From positions 173 to 64,172 of the forward strand of contig JAGTRD010000003.1 in NCBI GenBank assembly GCA_018396915.1: a stretch of DNA of 64,000 nt, in the 5' to 3' direction. The translations under genes were made by a program, and so were the position numbers. Shown piece by piece: positions 1 to 9,672 of this stretch (position 1 is the first letter of the stretch; the number at the start of each line of letters is the position of its first letter). The notes beneath the pieces are model-generated. The model worked only from the letters and a program-made list of their open reading frames with translations, was not told where the DNA came from and searched no databases. The stretch comes from Candidatus Bathyarchaeota archaeon. Lineage in GTDB: Archaea > Thermoproteota > Bathyarchaeia > 40CM-2-53-6 > RBG-13-38-9.

Positions 1-682
1 GGCCGAACATGAGGTAGGTTAGGCCGACCTTCCACAACATGGTGTCCATACCAACCTCTCTCCAGCCTGAGGTTCCGTCACGCCTCGAAACCTCAGATTT
101 ACCCCTCATGATGAGGCTGCATATCAGGGCGAAGATCAAGGTCGATGCCCCCAACAACATCCAAGATAATCTCCACCCCCAACCTCCAAACATCTCATTC
201 AACCTAGGCACAATGAACCCCGTCCCTAACAAACCAACTCCACTACCGGAAGCGATCAGGCCCGATGCCGAGCCTCTCCTTCTAGTCGAAACCCATGATG
301 CTGGTAAAGTCATCGCTGAAATGTTGGCTCCACCAGACCCAACCCCAGCAAGACATCTCAAGATAAGAGCCTGAAGAAAATTCTTAGCTAATCCAGTCAA
401 GAGCATCGATGCTCCAACTAGCGTTAAAGATATGGTCATCACGACTCTTGCTCCATATTTTGACGCCAGTAAACCCCCCAAAATTGCGAACACCATATAT
501 CCAGAGAAGTTCCCCGACGCCATCAGACCCATCTGAGTGTAAGACAGCCCAAGACCTTCCTTCATCGAAGGCAGAATCATCGAATATCCGAATCGAGCAA
601 ATCCTAAACTTCCAAGAACAGCTAAATGCCCAGAAAGAATTATTAAGTAAACATGAGGCGTCTCTTCAACCTTACCCATCAT
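1..682 (-). CDS. MFS-type transporter, N-terminal ~227 codons (gene continues past window start)
   Basis: Not in the ORF track because there is no stop inside the window. My reverse-strand translation from ATG 682-680 stays open to base 1: MMGKVEETPHVYLIILSGHLAVLGSLGFARFGYSMILPSMKEGLGLSYTQMGLMASGNFSGYMVFAILGGLLASKYGARVVM...LRCLAGVGSGGANISAMTLPASWVSTRRRGSASGLIASGSGVGLLG. It shows alternating hydrophobic helices and MFS-like loop motifs. Confidence 0.8.
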   Translation of the reverse strand, partial: MMGKVEETPHVYLIILSGHLAVLGSLGFARFGYSMILPSMKEGLGLSYTQMGLMASGNFSGYMVFAILGGLLASKYGARVVMTISLTLVGASMLLTGLAKNFLQALILRCLAGVGSGGANISAMTLPASWVSTRRRGSASGLIASGSGVGLLGTGFIVPRLNEMFGGWGWRLSWMLLGASTLIFALICSLIMRGKSEVSRRDGTSGWREVGMDTMLWKVGLTYLMFG

Positions 683-830
683 CGAACCCTACTTAATTCA
701 TAGGTTAATGATATGTTAAAAGGCATCTGCTGGGGGATGATGAGTCTGAGTCACGGTAAATTTCTTGAATCGTCCTGTGATAGCCAGTTTTAAGAAATAG
801 TGACGCGACATAAAAGGTTGGGATGTAGTA

Positions 831-1151
831 TTGGTAACGGCCAGGGAGATGGCCAAAGGCATAACGAGTCTCATCACCCTAACCCAGAGGATTGAGGCGG
901 AGATAAAAGATGTCAGGGCTGATCTTAAAGTCTTGACGGGTGGACTCGACAATATTGAGAGGCTCCTTCATGCGACCAATCAGAGGGTAGACGACCTCGA
1001 TGATAAGCTGAATACGAGGATTCAGGACCTTGACGGGAAGTTAACAGCTCGAATACAGGATCTGGATGCGAAGCTGACAGCAAGGATAGACGATCTGAAG
1101 GTAAGTTTCGGTCAGGTTAAAGAGATAGAGGCCCCTAAGGCTAAAGGGTAG
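831..1151 (+). CDS. small charged coiled-coil protein with tandem 11-residue repeats
   Basis: 106-aa ORF. Residues 54-90 read DDLDDKLNTRI QDLDGKLTARI QDLDAKLTARI DDLK, which are 33-nt tandem units at ~990-1100. No family recognised. Confidence 0.5.
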   Translation: MVTAREMAKGITSLITLTQRIEAEIKDVRADLKVLTGGLDNIERLLHATNQRVDDLDDKLNTRIQDLDGKLTARIQDLDAKLTARIDDLKVSFGQVKEIEAPKAKG

Positions 1152-1395
1152 ATGACTCAAATGGCATCGTTTTAATCGACACAGTTGATCATTCATATAT
1201 GTTGCCATGAGATCTGTTCTTTGCTTGGAGTTGCTGAGAATTCTGACCCTTGACTCATCTAATTGTCAGGTTAATCCACAAAGTTCACGTTCGTAAGGAA
1301 ACCTATTTATTCACGCATTTCTCCCTCAGATTAACCGTAAGATAAGATGATCTTGCGCGGCGGATTATATCGGCCTGACTGAACTTACCCTGCTA

Positions 1396-1992
1396 ATGAT
1401 TCTGCTGGTGTCCGCCATCATGGCAATAAAGATTCTGCTCAATCTCTCATCTAAACATCACCGTCGCCGATATGCTAGGATCATTAAATTCGACTTGACA
1501 GCAGGAGTTATTCTCGGGCTATTCCTCCCATGGATAGAGATTATAGGATTGGTGGCGGCAGCAGTCACCGCTGTACTTTTTCTTGGGTTATCAATTCTTA
1601 TGATGCTTGAATCAAAGTCGCTCTTCAGCCGTAAGATGAAATTATTGAGGAAGGAAAGCATCAGAGAGAGTTTCCTACATTTCTCTATCACCACATGGTT
1701 GGTAGGCATACTCACAACGTTACTGTCCATAGTTGTTCCACCATTCCTTAAACTTAGCTTGGGCTTCCTCGTTCCCTTGGCATTCGATAGTCTCTCGGTC
1801 CTCTCAGCTCTCCTAGAGTTCACTCTACCGTCGACTCCATACACTACAATCTTCGCTTTGACATTCGAATTGATAAGTCGAAGGCCTGGAGGAAATGAAA
1901 TGAGCGAAATATTTTTAGAAGATATAGAGGAGATTGCTTATGTGACAGCTCACAATCGATTCGAATTTTTTGATGCAATTAAGTCTCATTGA
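1396..1992 (+). CDS. hypothetical polytopic membrane protein
   Basis: 198-aa ORF with several hydrophobic helices (e.g. GVILGLFLPWIEIIGLVAAAVTAVLFLGLSILMML). No family recognised. Confidence 0.5.
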   Translation: MILLVSAIMAIKILLNLSSKHHRRRYARIIKFDLTAGVILGLFLPWIEIIGLVAAAVTAVLFLGLSILMMLESKSLFSRKMKLLRKESIRESFLHFSITTWLVGILTTLLSIVVPPFLKLSLGFLVPLAFDSLSVLSALLEFTLPSTPYTTIFALTFELISRRPGGNEMSEIFLEDIEEIAYVTAHNRFEFFDAIKSH

Positions 1993-2066
1993 ACAGAAGC
2001 TGGCAATAAAGAGAGATGATAGACTGACTCTTAACGGTGATGATTTGAAGATCCTCTCAGACTGGC

Positions 2067-2297
2067 TTGGGAGGAGACTTCGGCCAAGATCAAGATTCAA
2101 ACAAGAGACATAGTGGACCGTATAAAAATGCTGAGCCTGAACTCTTTGATCGTAAGGAATATCGTGAGGAAGTAGATCGTCCGGCAGAGTCCATAAGCAA
2201 GATGAGAGATGAGTATGGATTTTTAGTAGATAGGGATTGGACAACCGAGGCTAGAAGAAGGCTGAGTGAGCTGAGAAGTGTTTACAAGTCTCAGTGA
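2067..2297 (+). CDS. hypothetical small hydrophilic protein
   Basis: 76-aa TTG-start ORF and the only ORF in this gap. No motif recognised. Confidence 0.25.
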   Translation: MGGDFGQDQDSNKRHSGPYKNAEPELFDRKEYREEVDRPAESISKMRDEYGFLVDRDWTTEARRRLSELRSVYKSQ

Positions 2298-2362
2298 CAT
2301 CAAAAATTTCACAGAGTATATATTTTGTTTCAAGCAATAATTAATGGCAGAGGCACCGAAGT

Positions 2363-3421
2363 ATGAAGGATAATTATAGAATAGCTGTTATTGAAGGGGA
2401 TGGGATAGGGCCTGACATAGTGAAAGAGGCAATAAGGGTTCTGGAGTCTGTCCAGAGCAAGTTTGGTTTTAGGCTTGAATATGTTGAGGCGCCTATGGGT
2501 GACAGGGTCAAGGAGACTCTCGGCGAGGCTGTGCCGAAAGAGTCTTTGGATGTGTTTCTAAAGTCGGATGCTGGCTTGAAGGGGCCTGTAGGCGAGACCA
2601 CTAGGGACCTTGTCCAAGCCTTAAGGTTCAACTTAGACCTCTACGCCAACATAAGACCTGCCAAGTCATACTCTACAATAACGCCGCCGGCCTTGAGGCC
2701 TGACATAGATATGATCGTTGTCAGGGAGAATACTGAGGGTCTCTACAGGGCTATGGAGGATGAGATAGTTCCCGGGGTCTGGACAACTACTGGTGTGTAT
2801 ACTGAGAAGGCCTGTGAAAGGATCGTCCGCCTATCATTTGACCTTGCAAAGAACAGGCTTGTTAGAGGTGGCAAGGGAGAGGTTGTCCTCGCCCATAAGG
2901 CAAACATATTCCGAAAGACCCATGGTATGTTCAAAGAGCTCTTCAGAAGGATCAGTGTGGATTATCCTGAAGTCAAGGCAAGAGACCTCTATGCGGATGC
3001 TGTATGCGCCTTACTGGTAAAGGAACCTCATAAATTCGACGTAATTGTGGCTGAAAATCTGATCGCTGACCTTCTCAGCGACTTGGCAGGGCAGGTTGCT
3101 GGAGGATTAGGAATGACTGCGGCTACGAACTTCAACATGGAGAGGGGGATAGGATACTTTGAGCCGACTCACGGTTGCGCTTATGATATAGCTGGAACTG
3201 GTAAGGCAAATCCAATAGGCCAAATATCCTCAGCAGGATTGATGCTTGAATTCTTGGGTAACTATCATCAGGATAGACGTCTACTCGATGCTTCACGTTC
3301 AATTGAGATTGCTGTTGAGAAATATCTTACAGGCTCACCGAGGGAAGATTTGCCAATAGAGCTCGGAGGCAGAGCGAACACCTTGAAGGTTGGCGAAAGA
3401 ATCTCAAGACTCATCACTTGA
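2363..3421 (+). CDS. isocitrate/isopropylmalate dehydrogenase family enzyme (substrate not assignable by eye)
   Basis: 352 aa. Motifs: [46 protein letters not shown]. Confidence 0.85.
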   Translation: MKDNYRIAVIEGDGIGPDIVKEAIRVLESVQSKFGFRLEYVEAPMGDRVKETLGEAVPKESLDVFLKSDAGLKGPVGETTRDLVQALRFNLDLYANIRPAKSYSTITPPALRPDIDMIVVRENTEGLYRAMEDEIVPGVWTTTGVYTEKACERIVRLSFDLAKNRLVRGGKGEVVLAHKANIFRKTHGMFKELFRRISVDYPEVKARDLYADAVCALLVKEPHKFDVIVAENLIADLLSDLAGQVAGGLGMTAATNFNMERGIGYFEPTHGCAYDIAGTGKANPIGQISSAGLMLEFLGNYHQDRRLLDASRSIEIAVEKYLTGSPREDLPIELGGRANTLKVGERISRLIT

Positions 3422-3498
3422 ATCCGCCTAAAGACCACCTGTCTCGAATCGAGTTTCATGACCATAATCTTAATTATGTTTAGATTGAGACTGATCTT

Positions 3499-4707
3499 AT
3501 GGGGATGTTCGAGTTGCAACTTAGAATGAACTTCTCAATACAACTTCCTAGAAAGATAATATTCGGGGATGATGCCTTCAAAGAGGTTCCGGACCTAGTC
3601 AAGGCTTTCAATCCTAGATCAGTCCTTATCGTGACGGATCCGGTTATTAGGAAGATAGGGGCCGCCGAAAAAATATCTGAACCCCTCCAAAGTGCAGGTG
3701 TCAATGTTGAAGTTTACGATCAAGTTGAGCCTGAGCCCAGTGTGGAGGCGGCTGAGGCTGTTGTAAACTCAGCCAGGAGTTCACGTTGCGACTTGGTCAT
3801 AGGTTTGGGTGGTGGCAGCTCTATGGATATGGCGAAGTTGGCCTCAATAAGCATAACAAACCAAAATCCGATATCTGACTTTGTGGGAGTTGGTAAAGTT
3901 CCGAAACCCGGCGTACCTAAAATCCTGATTCCAACAACCGCCGGGACAGGCGCCGAGATAACTATGAACGCCATAATCTCCAATAGGGTGGAACATCTGA
4001 AAATGGGGATCGTAAGCCCCCACATCATAGCTGATGTAGCTGTAATCGATCCCCTGCTTACGTTAACCATGCCTCCCAGCGTTACAGCATCCACTGGGCT
4101 CGACGCCCTTACCCATGCTATAGAATCTTTGATGTCTATTGAACTCAATCCATTCTGTGAACCCCTAGCCTTGGAGGCTGTCAGACTCATCTTCAGGAGT
4201 CTACCGAAAGCGTACAGGGATGGTAACAACCTGGAAGCTAGGAGGGAGATGTCCTTAGCTGCCATGTTCGCAGGCATCTCCCTCGCCATCTCAGGCGTAT
4301 GTGCAGGCCACGCAGCCGCATACTCCTTCACAGTCACCGTCCCCCATGGCGTGGCCTGCGCCCTAGCCCTACCATACGTCATGGAGATGAATGCACAAGC
4401 ATGTCCATCCAGACTCGTCTCGGTTGCCGAGGCGGCTGGCGTAAAGAGGGAGGGTGCCGGCCAGATGGAGAACGTGTACAACGCGGTCTCTGCTGTCAGG
4501 GGGTTGATGGAGAATGTTAAGAGCCCCCTATCGTTGATGGATATTGGTATAAAAGAGGCTGATCTCGACCATATGGCTGAGAAGATGCTTACTGTCAAGA
4601 GGCTGCTCGTACGAAACCCGAAGGTCCTGACAGAGGAGGATGCAAAGATACTTATGCGCAGAATGTATGCTGGGGAACAGTTGCCTCTATCGGAATATAA
4701 GGGTTAA
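3499..4707 (+). CDS. iron-containing (type III) alcohol dehydrogenase
   Basis: 402 aa. Motifs: VIGLGGGSSMDMAK glycine-rich site, LDALTHAIES and GHAAAY histidine motifs. Confidence 0.9.
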   Translation: MGMFELQLRMNFSIQLPRKIIFGDDAFKEVPDLVKAFNPRSVLIVTDPVIRKIGAAEKISEPLQSAGVNVEVYDQVEPEPSVEAAEAVVNSARSSRCDLVIGLGGGSSMDMAKLASISITNQNPISDFVGVGKVPKPGVPKILIPTTAGTGAEITMNAIISNRVEHLKMGIVSPHIIADVAVIDPLLTLTMPPSVTASTGLDALTHAIESLMSIELNPFCEPLALEAVRLIFRSLPKAYRDGNNLEARREMSLAAMFAGISLAISGVCAGHAAAYSFTVTVPHGVACALALPYVMEMNAQACPSRLVSVAEAAGVKREGAGQMENVYNAVSAVRGLMENVKSPLSLMDIGIKEADLDHMAEKMLTVKRLLVRNPKVLTEEDAKILMRRMYAGEQLPLSEYKG

Positions 4708-4802
4708 CAGTTCCCCCACCTCAATCCGTCTCATAGCATGTATAGAGTCGTCAGGGCGAAAGGCCTCAAGGATCGATGGGAGTATAGTTACCAGGTTGAT
4801 GT

Positions 4803-6917
4803 TTGAAGATGAGTGTGGATGAAGGCATGGATCCGCTTGACAACTTCTTCACACCCCGAAGTGTAGCCATCGTAGGTGCCTCATCGAAACCTGGAAAGAT
4901 AGGCCACGAGATTGTAAGAAACATTTCACAGTATGATTATAAGGGTCGGGTATACCCTGTGAACCCGACTGCTGAGTCGATACTCGGGCTGAAATGTTAC
5001 AGGACCATAAGTGATGTTGAAGATTCGGTGGACCTTGCGGTTTTTGTAGCGGCTTCAAACATCTTACCAGAACTTGTTGAGGAGGCTTGCAGGAAGGGCG
5101 TGAGAAACGCGATTATAGTCTCAGGTGGCTTCAAGGAGATGGGTGGCGAGGGGGTAAAGTATGAGGAGCAGATCGTCTCGACCGCCCGGAAATTCGGTAT
5201 GAGGATAATTGGTCCAAACTGTATAGGTGTCTTCGACAGCACAACAAGGCTGGACACGTTCTTCTATCCGCATGACCGAATGGTCAGGCCTCCACCTGGA
5301 GGAGTATCCTTCGTCACTCAGAGTGGCACCTTCGGCCTAACCTTCCTTGAATGGGCAACAAACTCGAGGATGGGTGTGAGGAGGCTCGTCAGCTTGGGTA
5401 ATAGATGTGACGTCAATGAGTTGGACATGCTCAGGTATCTTGGCCGCGATCCATTAACGAAGGTTATCGCCCTACACTTGGAGAGTCTAACTGATGGGAG
5501 GCAACTTGTGAAGGAGGCTAGGGAGGTCTCGTCTAGAAAGCATATAGTGACCTTGAAGACAGGTAGGGTGGAGGAGTCTAAGGCAGCCCTCAGCCACACA
5601 GGGGCGATTACTGGGTCTTACCAGGTTTGCATGTCGGTCTTGAAGGATTCAGGGATGATCCTCGTCGACTCTTTCGAGGAGCTCTTCGACGTGTCGAAGG
5701 CGCTGGAGAAGCAGCCTCCCGCTAAGGGCAGTAATGTTACGATTGTAACAAATGCGGCGGGTCCATCGGTAGCGGCAGCTGACCTATGTCACGAGTATGG
5801 CTTCAATATTGTTGAGTATTCTGAGGGGACCATGAAGAGGCTTCGTTCAACCCTTCCACCATACGCTGTGATAGGGGAGTATGTCGATCTGACAGGTAGT
5901 GCAACAAGTGAAGACTATCAAAAGACATTCGAGATTGTTCTTGAAGAACCTAACATAGACGCCGTAATCTGCTTTGTAGTATTTTTGAATCCCCCTATCA
6001 CACCTGAAGTCATCAAGATCATATCGAATGTACGAAATTTCGGGAAACCGATAGTTTGCTGGGCTACAGGGGGTGAATATTCCCAGAGGCTCATAGAGAG
6101 ACTTGAGGAGGCTGGTATTCCAGTATATCCGACGACTGAGAGAGTCATAAGATCTCTAAGGGGGCTCATAGAGGCTGGTTCTTTGAGAGTCTGGTCTGAA
6201 CCTGAACCTGTCCAAGCCGACAGAGAGAGGGTGGGCAGGATAATTTGCAAAGTCTTATCGGAGGGCCGCGACATGTTGACTGAGCAGGAGAGCAAGGATA
6301 TCCTCAGAGCCTACGGAATTAAGACGACTGTTGAGTATGTAGCGAAGTCTGCGGTTGAGGCTGGGGACCTCGCCTCAAAGATAGGTTTCCCCGTTGTAAT
6401 GAAGATTCTTTCACCAGATATAACGCATAAGTCTGATGTCGGCGGCGTATTGACCGATATTAGAAGTCCCCAGGAGGCGTCTGAGGCTTTCAATGTGATA
6501 GTTAAGAATGTTAGGAGGAGTAGGCCAGAAGCTAGGTTTGAGGGAGTTATAGTTGAGAATCAGCTGCCCAGAGGCGTAGAGGTTCTTGTAGGCGCAACAG
6601 TAGACAGAGACTTCGGTCCTGTCGTAGCCTTCGGCCTCGGAGGCATATTCGTCGAGGCCTTCAGGGACGTCTCTTACGGTTTGGCGCCCCTCTCAGAGAG
6701 TGACGCTTTGAGGGTTATCTCCAGAACAAACGTGGCCAAGCTGCTTTCGGGATTCAGAGGATTTGGACCTGCCGATTTGAAGGGTCTCTCAACCCTTCTG
6801 AGAAGGGTGTCTTACCTGGCTTATGAGCAGCCGATAGTTGAGATGGACCTCAACCCTGTAATCGTCACGTCGAGGGATTGTACTGTTGCAGATGCGAGGA
6901 TAAGGATAAAGGTTTGA
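4803..6917 (+). CDS. acetyl-CoA synthetase (ADP-forming), fused alpha-beta (acetate--CoA ligase, NDP-forming)
   Basis: 704 aa. CoA-binding/SCS-alpha-like N-half (SVAIVGASSKPGKIGHEI, IIGPNCIG) fused to an ATP-grasp C-half (VVMKILSPDITHKSDVGGV). TTG at 4803; the first ATG is at 4809. Confidence 0.9.
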   Translation: MKMSVDEGMDPLDNFFTPRSVAIVGASSKPGKIGHEIVRNISQYDYKGRVYPVNPTAESILGLKCYRTISDVEDSVDLAVFVAASNILPELVEEACRKGVRNAIIVSGGFKEMGGEGVKYEEQIVSTARKFGMRIIGPNCIGVFDSTTRLDTFFYPHDRMVRPPPGGVSFVTQSGTFGLTFLEWATNSRMGVRRLVSLGNRCDVNELDMLRYLGRDPLTKVIALHLESLTDGRQLVKEAREVSSRKHIVTLKTGRVEESKAALSHTGAITGSYQVCMSVLKDSGMILVDSFEELFDVSKALEKQPPAKGSNVTIVTNAAGPSVAAADLCHEYGFNIVEYSEGTMKRLRSTLPPYAVIGEYVDLTGSATSEDYQKTFEIVLEEPNIDAVICFVVFLNPPITPEVIKIISNVRNFGKPIVCWATGGEYSQRLIERLEEAGIPVYPTTERVIRSLRGLIEAGSLRVWSEPEPVQADRERVGRIICKVLSEGRDMLTEQESKDILRAYGIKTTVEYVAKSAVEAGDLASKIGFPVVMKILSPDITHKSDVGGVLTDIRSPQEASEAFNVIVKNVRRSRPEARFEGVIVENQLPRGVEVLVGATVDRDFGPVVAFGLGGIFVEAFRDVSYGLAPLSESDALRVISRTNVAKLLSGFRGFGPADLKGLSTLLRRVSYLAYEQPIVEMDLNPVIVTSRDCTVADARIRIKV

Positions 6918-6929
6918 GTTGGTTTGAGC

Positions 6930-8783
6930 CTACTTCCTATGTATGATGTCTGCAACCCAGCCTAGACCTAGATCCCTTAGTTTACATTCATCAGGCTTCC
7001 CATCCTCGTCGAGTCTCCGCTCCCTATAATACTCCTCGAGCATCACATCCAGTTCAACTATCTGCCCTTTTGCAGGTCCTTCATTCACAGATTCTTTGAG
7101 GAACCTCTCAGGGAGGGTGTCGTCCTTTCTTGTGATTCCCATCCTATTGTTGAAGGCACGTTGAAGGTTCCATATTCTCTCACCTATCTTCATGAATTCT
7201 TCAAATGTTAAGGTCTTGCCTGTCACGGCTCCATAGTATTCGGTGAGTATCCTTAATGGGAGCTTTCCCCAGAAGACCATGAACTTACATATTCCAAGGG
7301 AGTCTACGGCGCAGCAGAGGTCTTGGTAAACCTTGGCCATGCGGCCTTTATCCTTCGTCGAGAAGCCGTCTACAGGCTCCTTCCATGGAAGTTCGGGGCT
7401 GAGCAGATTCCTCTCAACGAGCATCGGTGAACCCCTGTTATGGTTTGCTCCAACATTTGACGTTGCGTATGCGACTGCCATAGATTTGAACTTTCGTGGA
7501 TTATGCTCAGGGAACTCCAGGCCCTTAACATGTATAGCGTACTTCTCTGAGCCTTTACCTATCACTTGGGATGCCCTACGAACACCCTCGCCGAGTATGG
7601 CTCCTAAACCTTCCTTCCTCCCTATGAGTTCACACATCTTTACGACGGCGTCTGGATTCCCCCATGTCAGGTCGACGCCGCTGGTGTCTTGCAGGATCCC
7701 TTTCTCATAACATTCCATTGCGAAAGCTATGGCTTGACCTGTCGAGATGGTGTCTATGCCAAGCCTGTTGCAGATGTCGTTTGCTTTAGCTATGGATTCC
7801 AAGTTGCTATTGTAACATAGTGAGCCTAGGGCAGCCATGGTCTCATATTCAGGGCCGCTCCCCTCCATAGCGTATGGGCCGCTGGGCACCTTCACCTTCC
7901 TTCCACATGCTATTGGACATGTCTTGCATGGGTTTGGGCCGACTAGAATCTTCTGGGTCATCGTTGAACCTGTTATATTCTCAGCTTCAGGGAAGGTTCC
8001 CCTTGTCCAGTTTCTTATGGGGAGGTTCCCATTCTGCTCGAAGACTATAAGGCCTGCCGCTGTTCCATGTTCCCTGAGAGTTTTAGTGTTTGGGAGTGCT
8101 ATGTTCAAAGCTTCTCTCCTCAACTCGTCTAGCCTCTCAGGATCTGAAACCGTAATCTTTCCCGATCCTTTACATGCTATGGCCTTCAGGTTCTTTGAAC
8201 CCATCACCGCTCCCATGCCGCATCTTCCTGCGGCCCTGCTGTCATCTGATATGATGCTTGCTATCTTTACGAGTTTCTCACCTGCAGGCCCTATTGCTAT
8301 GACTGAGATCGACCTATCATGCAGTTCCTCCCTCACCGCATCTACAGTCTCAAAAGTATCCATACCCCACAGGCTCTTCGCACTCTTGACCTCCACCTGA
8401 TCGTTATGGATCCATATGTAGGCAGGGTTCTCAGCCCTTCCCTTCACAATCAAGCCGTCGTATCCTGATTGCTTCAGGTCTATACCAAAAGGTGCTGAGA
8501 ATATCGACTCCCCATATATTCCTGTGAGAGGCGATTTGGAGACTACTGTCGTCTTGATCCCGCATGGAATATTTGTGCCTACGAAGGCGCCTGTCATAAA
8601 TATGATTATGTTTTCGGGGCCTAGGGGATCTGTCTCAGGCCCAACCTCCCTGAATAGTATGTTAGATGCTATGCCCTCGCCGCCAAGAAAGTTGTATGCA
8701 AGTTCCATGTCGAGACTCTGCTTTTTAACTTCTCCACTTGAAAGGTTTACCCAAAGAATCTTTCCAGCATATCCGTGAACCAT
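6930..8783 (-). CDS. aor: aldehyde:ferredoxin oxidoreductase (tungstopterin AOR family)
   Basis: 617 aa. AFOR N-domain (GYAGKILWVNLSSGEV) and a 4Fe-4S ligand block NPCKTCPIACGRK. Confidence 0.92.
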   Translation of the reverse strand: MVHGYAGKILWVNLSSGEVKKQSLDMELAYNFLGGEGIASNILFREVGPETDPLGPENIIIFMTGAFVGTNIPCGIKTTVVSKSPLTGIYGESIFSAPFGIDLKQSGYDGLIVKGRAENPAYIWIHNDQVEVKSAKSLWGMDTFETVDAVREELHDRSISVIAIGPAGEKLVKIASIISDDSRAAGRCGMGAVMGSKNLKAIACKGSGKITVSDPERLDELRREALNIALPNTKTLREHGTAAGLIVFEQNGNLPIRNWTRGTFPEAENITGSTMTQKILVGPNPCKTCPIACGRKVKVPSGPYAMEGSGPEYETMAALGSLCYNSNLESIAKANDICNRLGIDTISTGQAIAFAMECYEKGILQDTSGVDLTWGNPDAVVKMCELIGRKEGLGAILGEGVRRASQVIGKGSEKYAIHVKGLEFPEHNPRKFKSMAVAYATSNVGANHNRGSPMLVERNLLSPELPWKEPVDGFSTKDKGRMAKVYQDLCCAVDSLGICKFMVFWGKLPLRILTEYYGAVTGKTLTFEEFMKIGERIWNLQRAFNNRMGITRKDDTLPERFLKESVNEGPAKGQIVELDVMLEEYYRERRLDEDGKPDECKLRDLGLGWVADIIHRK

Positions 8784-8860
8784 GTCTTGATGCGACTCCT
8801 ACAATTATATTATGCTGTATAAAATTTAAGTCTTCAAGTTAAGACTTTGATTTTGTCAGC

Positions 8861-9613
8861 TCAATGAATCGTCCAGCCACCATCCACGGGGAGGACAGCT
8901 CCGGTGATGATGCCGGCCTCATCGCTTACGAGGAAGGAGACGGCGGCTGCAACCTCATCTTGGGTTGCCAGACGCTTCAGGGGGATATTGTCCATTACGA
9001 AATTTCTGAACTCTGGGTCGGCCAGCATCTTCTCTGTGAATGGTGTCTCTACGAATGTTGGTGCGACAGCATTCACCCTTATATTGTATCTTGCCCATTC
9101 ATAGGCGAGTACACGGGTAACCTGATCTACTCCACCTTTACTCGCGCAGTAGGCTGCCCTGTAAGGTAGGGCTACTTTACCTGCTTGGGATGAGATGTTC
9201 ACTATAACACCCTTCCTTCTGGGTATCATGGACTGTACTCCCACCGCTTGACAGCAGAAGAATAGGCCTTTGAGGTTTGTGTCGACGATGGTGTCCCAGG
9301 CTTCGACCGTAACTTCTTCAGCCCTCTGTGGAATGTTGACTCCTGCACTGTTTACTAATATGTCTATCTCACCGAATTCTCGGCGGGTTCTCCTCACGGC
9401 TTCCTGAATCTCATTGGTCTTATTCACATCGACGGAGTACCATTTACATCTTCGACCCAACCTGAGAATCTCCTCCCCTGTCTGGGCGAGTTTACTCTCT
9501 GTACGCCCCCAAAGGATAAGGTCGGCGCCATCTCTTGCTAGTCTTATGGCTGAGGCTCTTCCGAGGCCGCTCCCCGCCCCTGTCACTAAAGCTATCTTTC
9601 CAGATAGCACCAT
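8861..9613 (-). CDS. short-chain dehydrogenase/reductase (FabG-like)
   Basis: 250 aa. Motifs: ALVTGAGSGLGRA, NSAG, catalytic YCASK. Confidence 0.9.
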   Translation of the reverse strand: MVLSGKIALVTGAGSGLGRASAIRLARDGADLILWGRTESKLAQTGEEILRLGRRCKWYSVDVNKTNEIQEAVRRTRREFGEIDILVNSAGVNIPQRAEEVTVEAWDTIVDTNLKGLFFCCQAVGVQSMIPRRKGVIVNISSQAGKVALPYRAAYCASKGGVDQVTRVLAYEWARYNIRVNAVAPTFVETPFTEKMLADPEFRNFVMDNIPLKRLATQDEVAAAVSFLVSDEAGIITGAVLPVDGGWTIH

Positions 9614-9672
9614 TCAAATCCTCACCTATTGAGATCATTATCTCATTGGTTAAATCAGTCTTGCGTTTGCCA

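Noticed and set aside
39-696. Two plus-strand ORFs (111 aa and 95 aa) at the window start
   Set aside because: They are Pro/Ser-rich with low complexity. They lie antisense to a continuous minus-strand frame with clear MFS transporter features.
3720-4598. 292-aa minus-strand ORF
   Set aside because: It is fully antisense to the well-supported Fe-ADH gene. It is an Ala/Ser/Thr-rich shadow ORF with no motifs.
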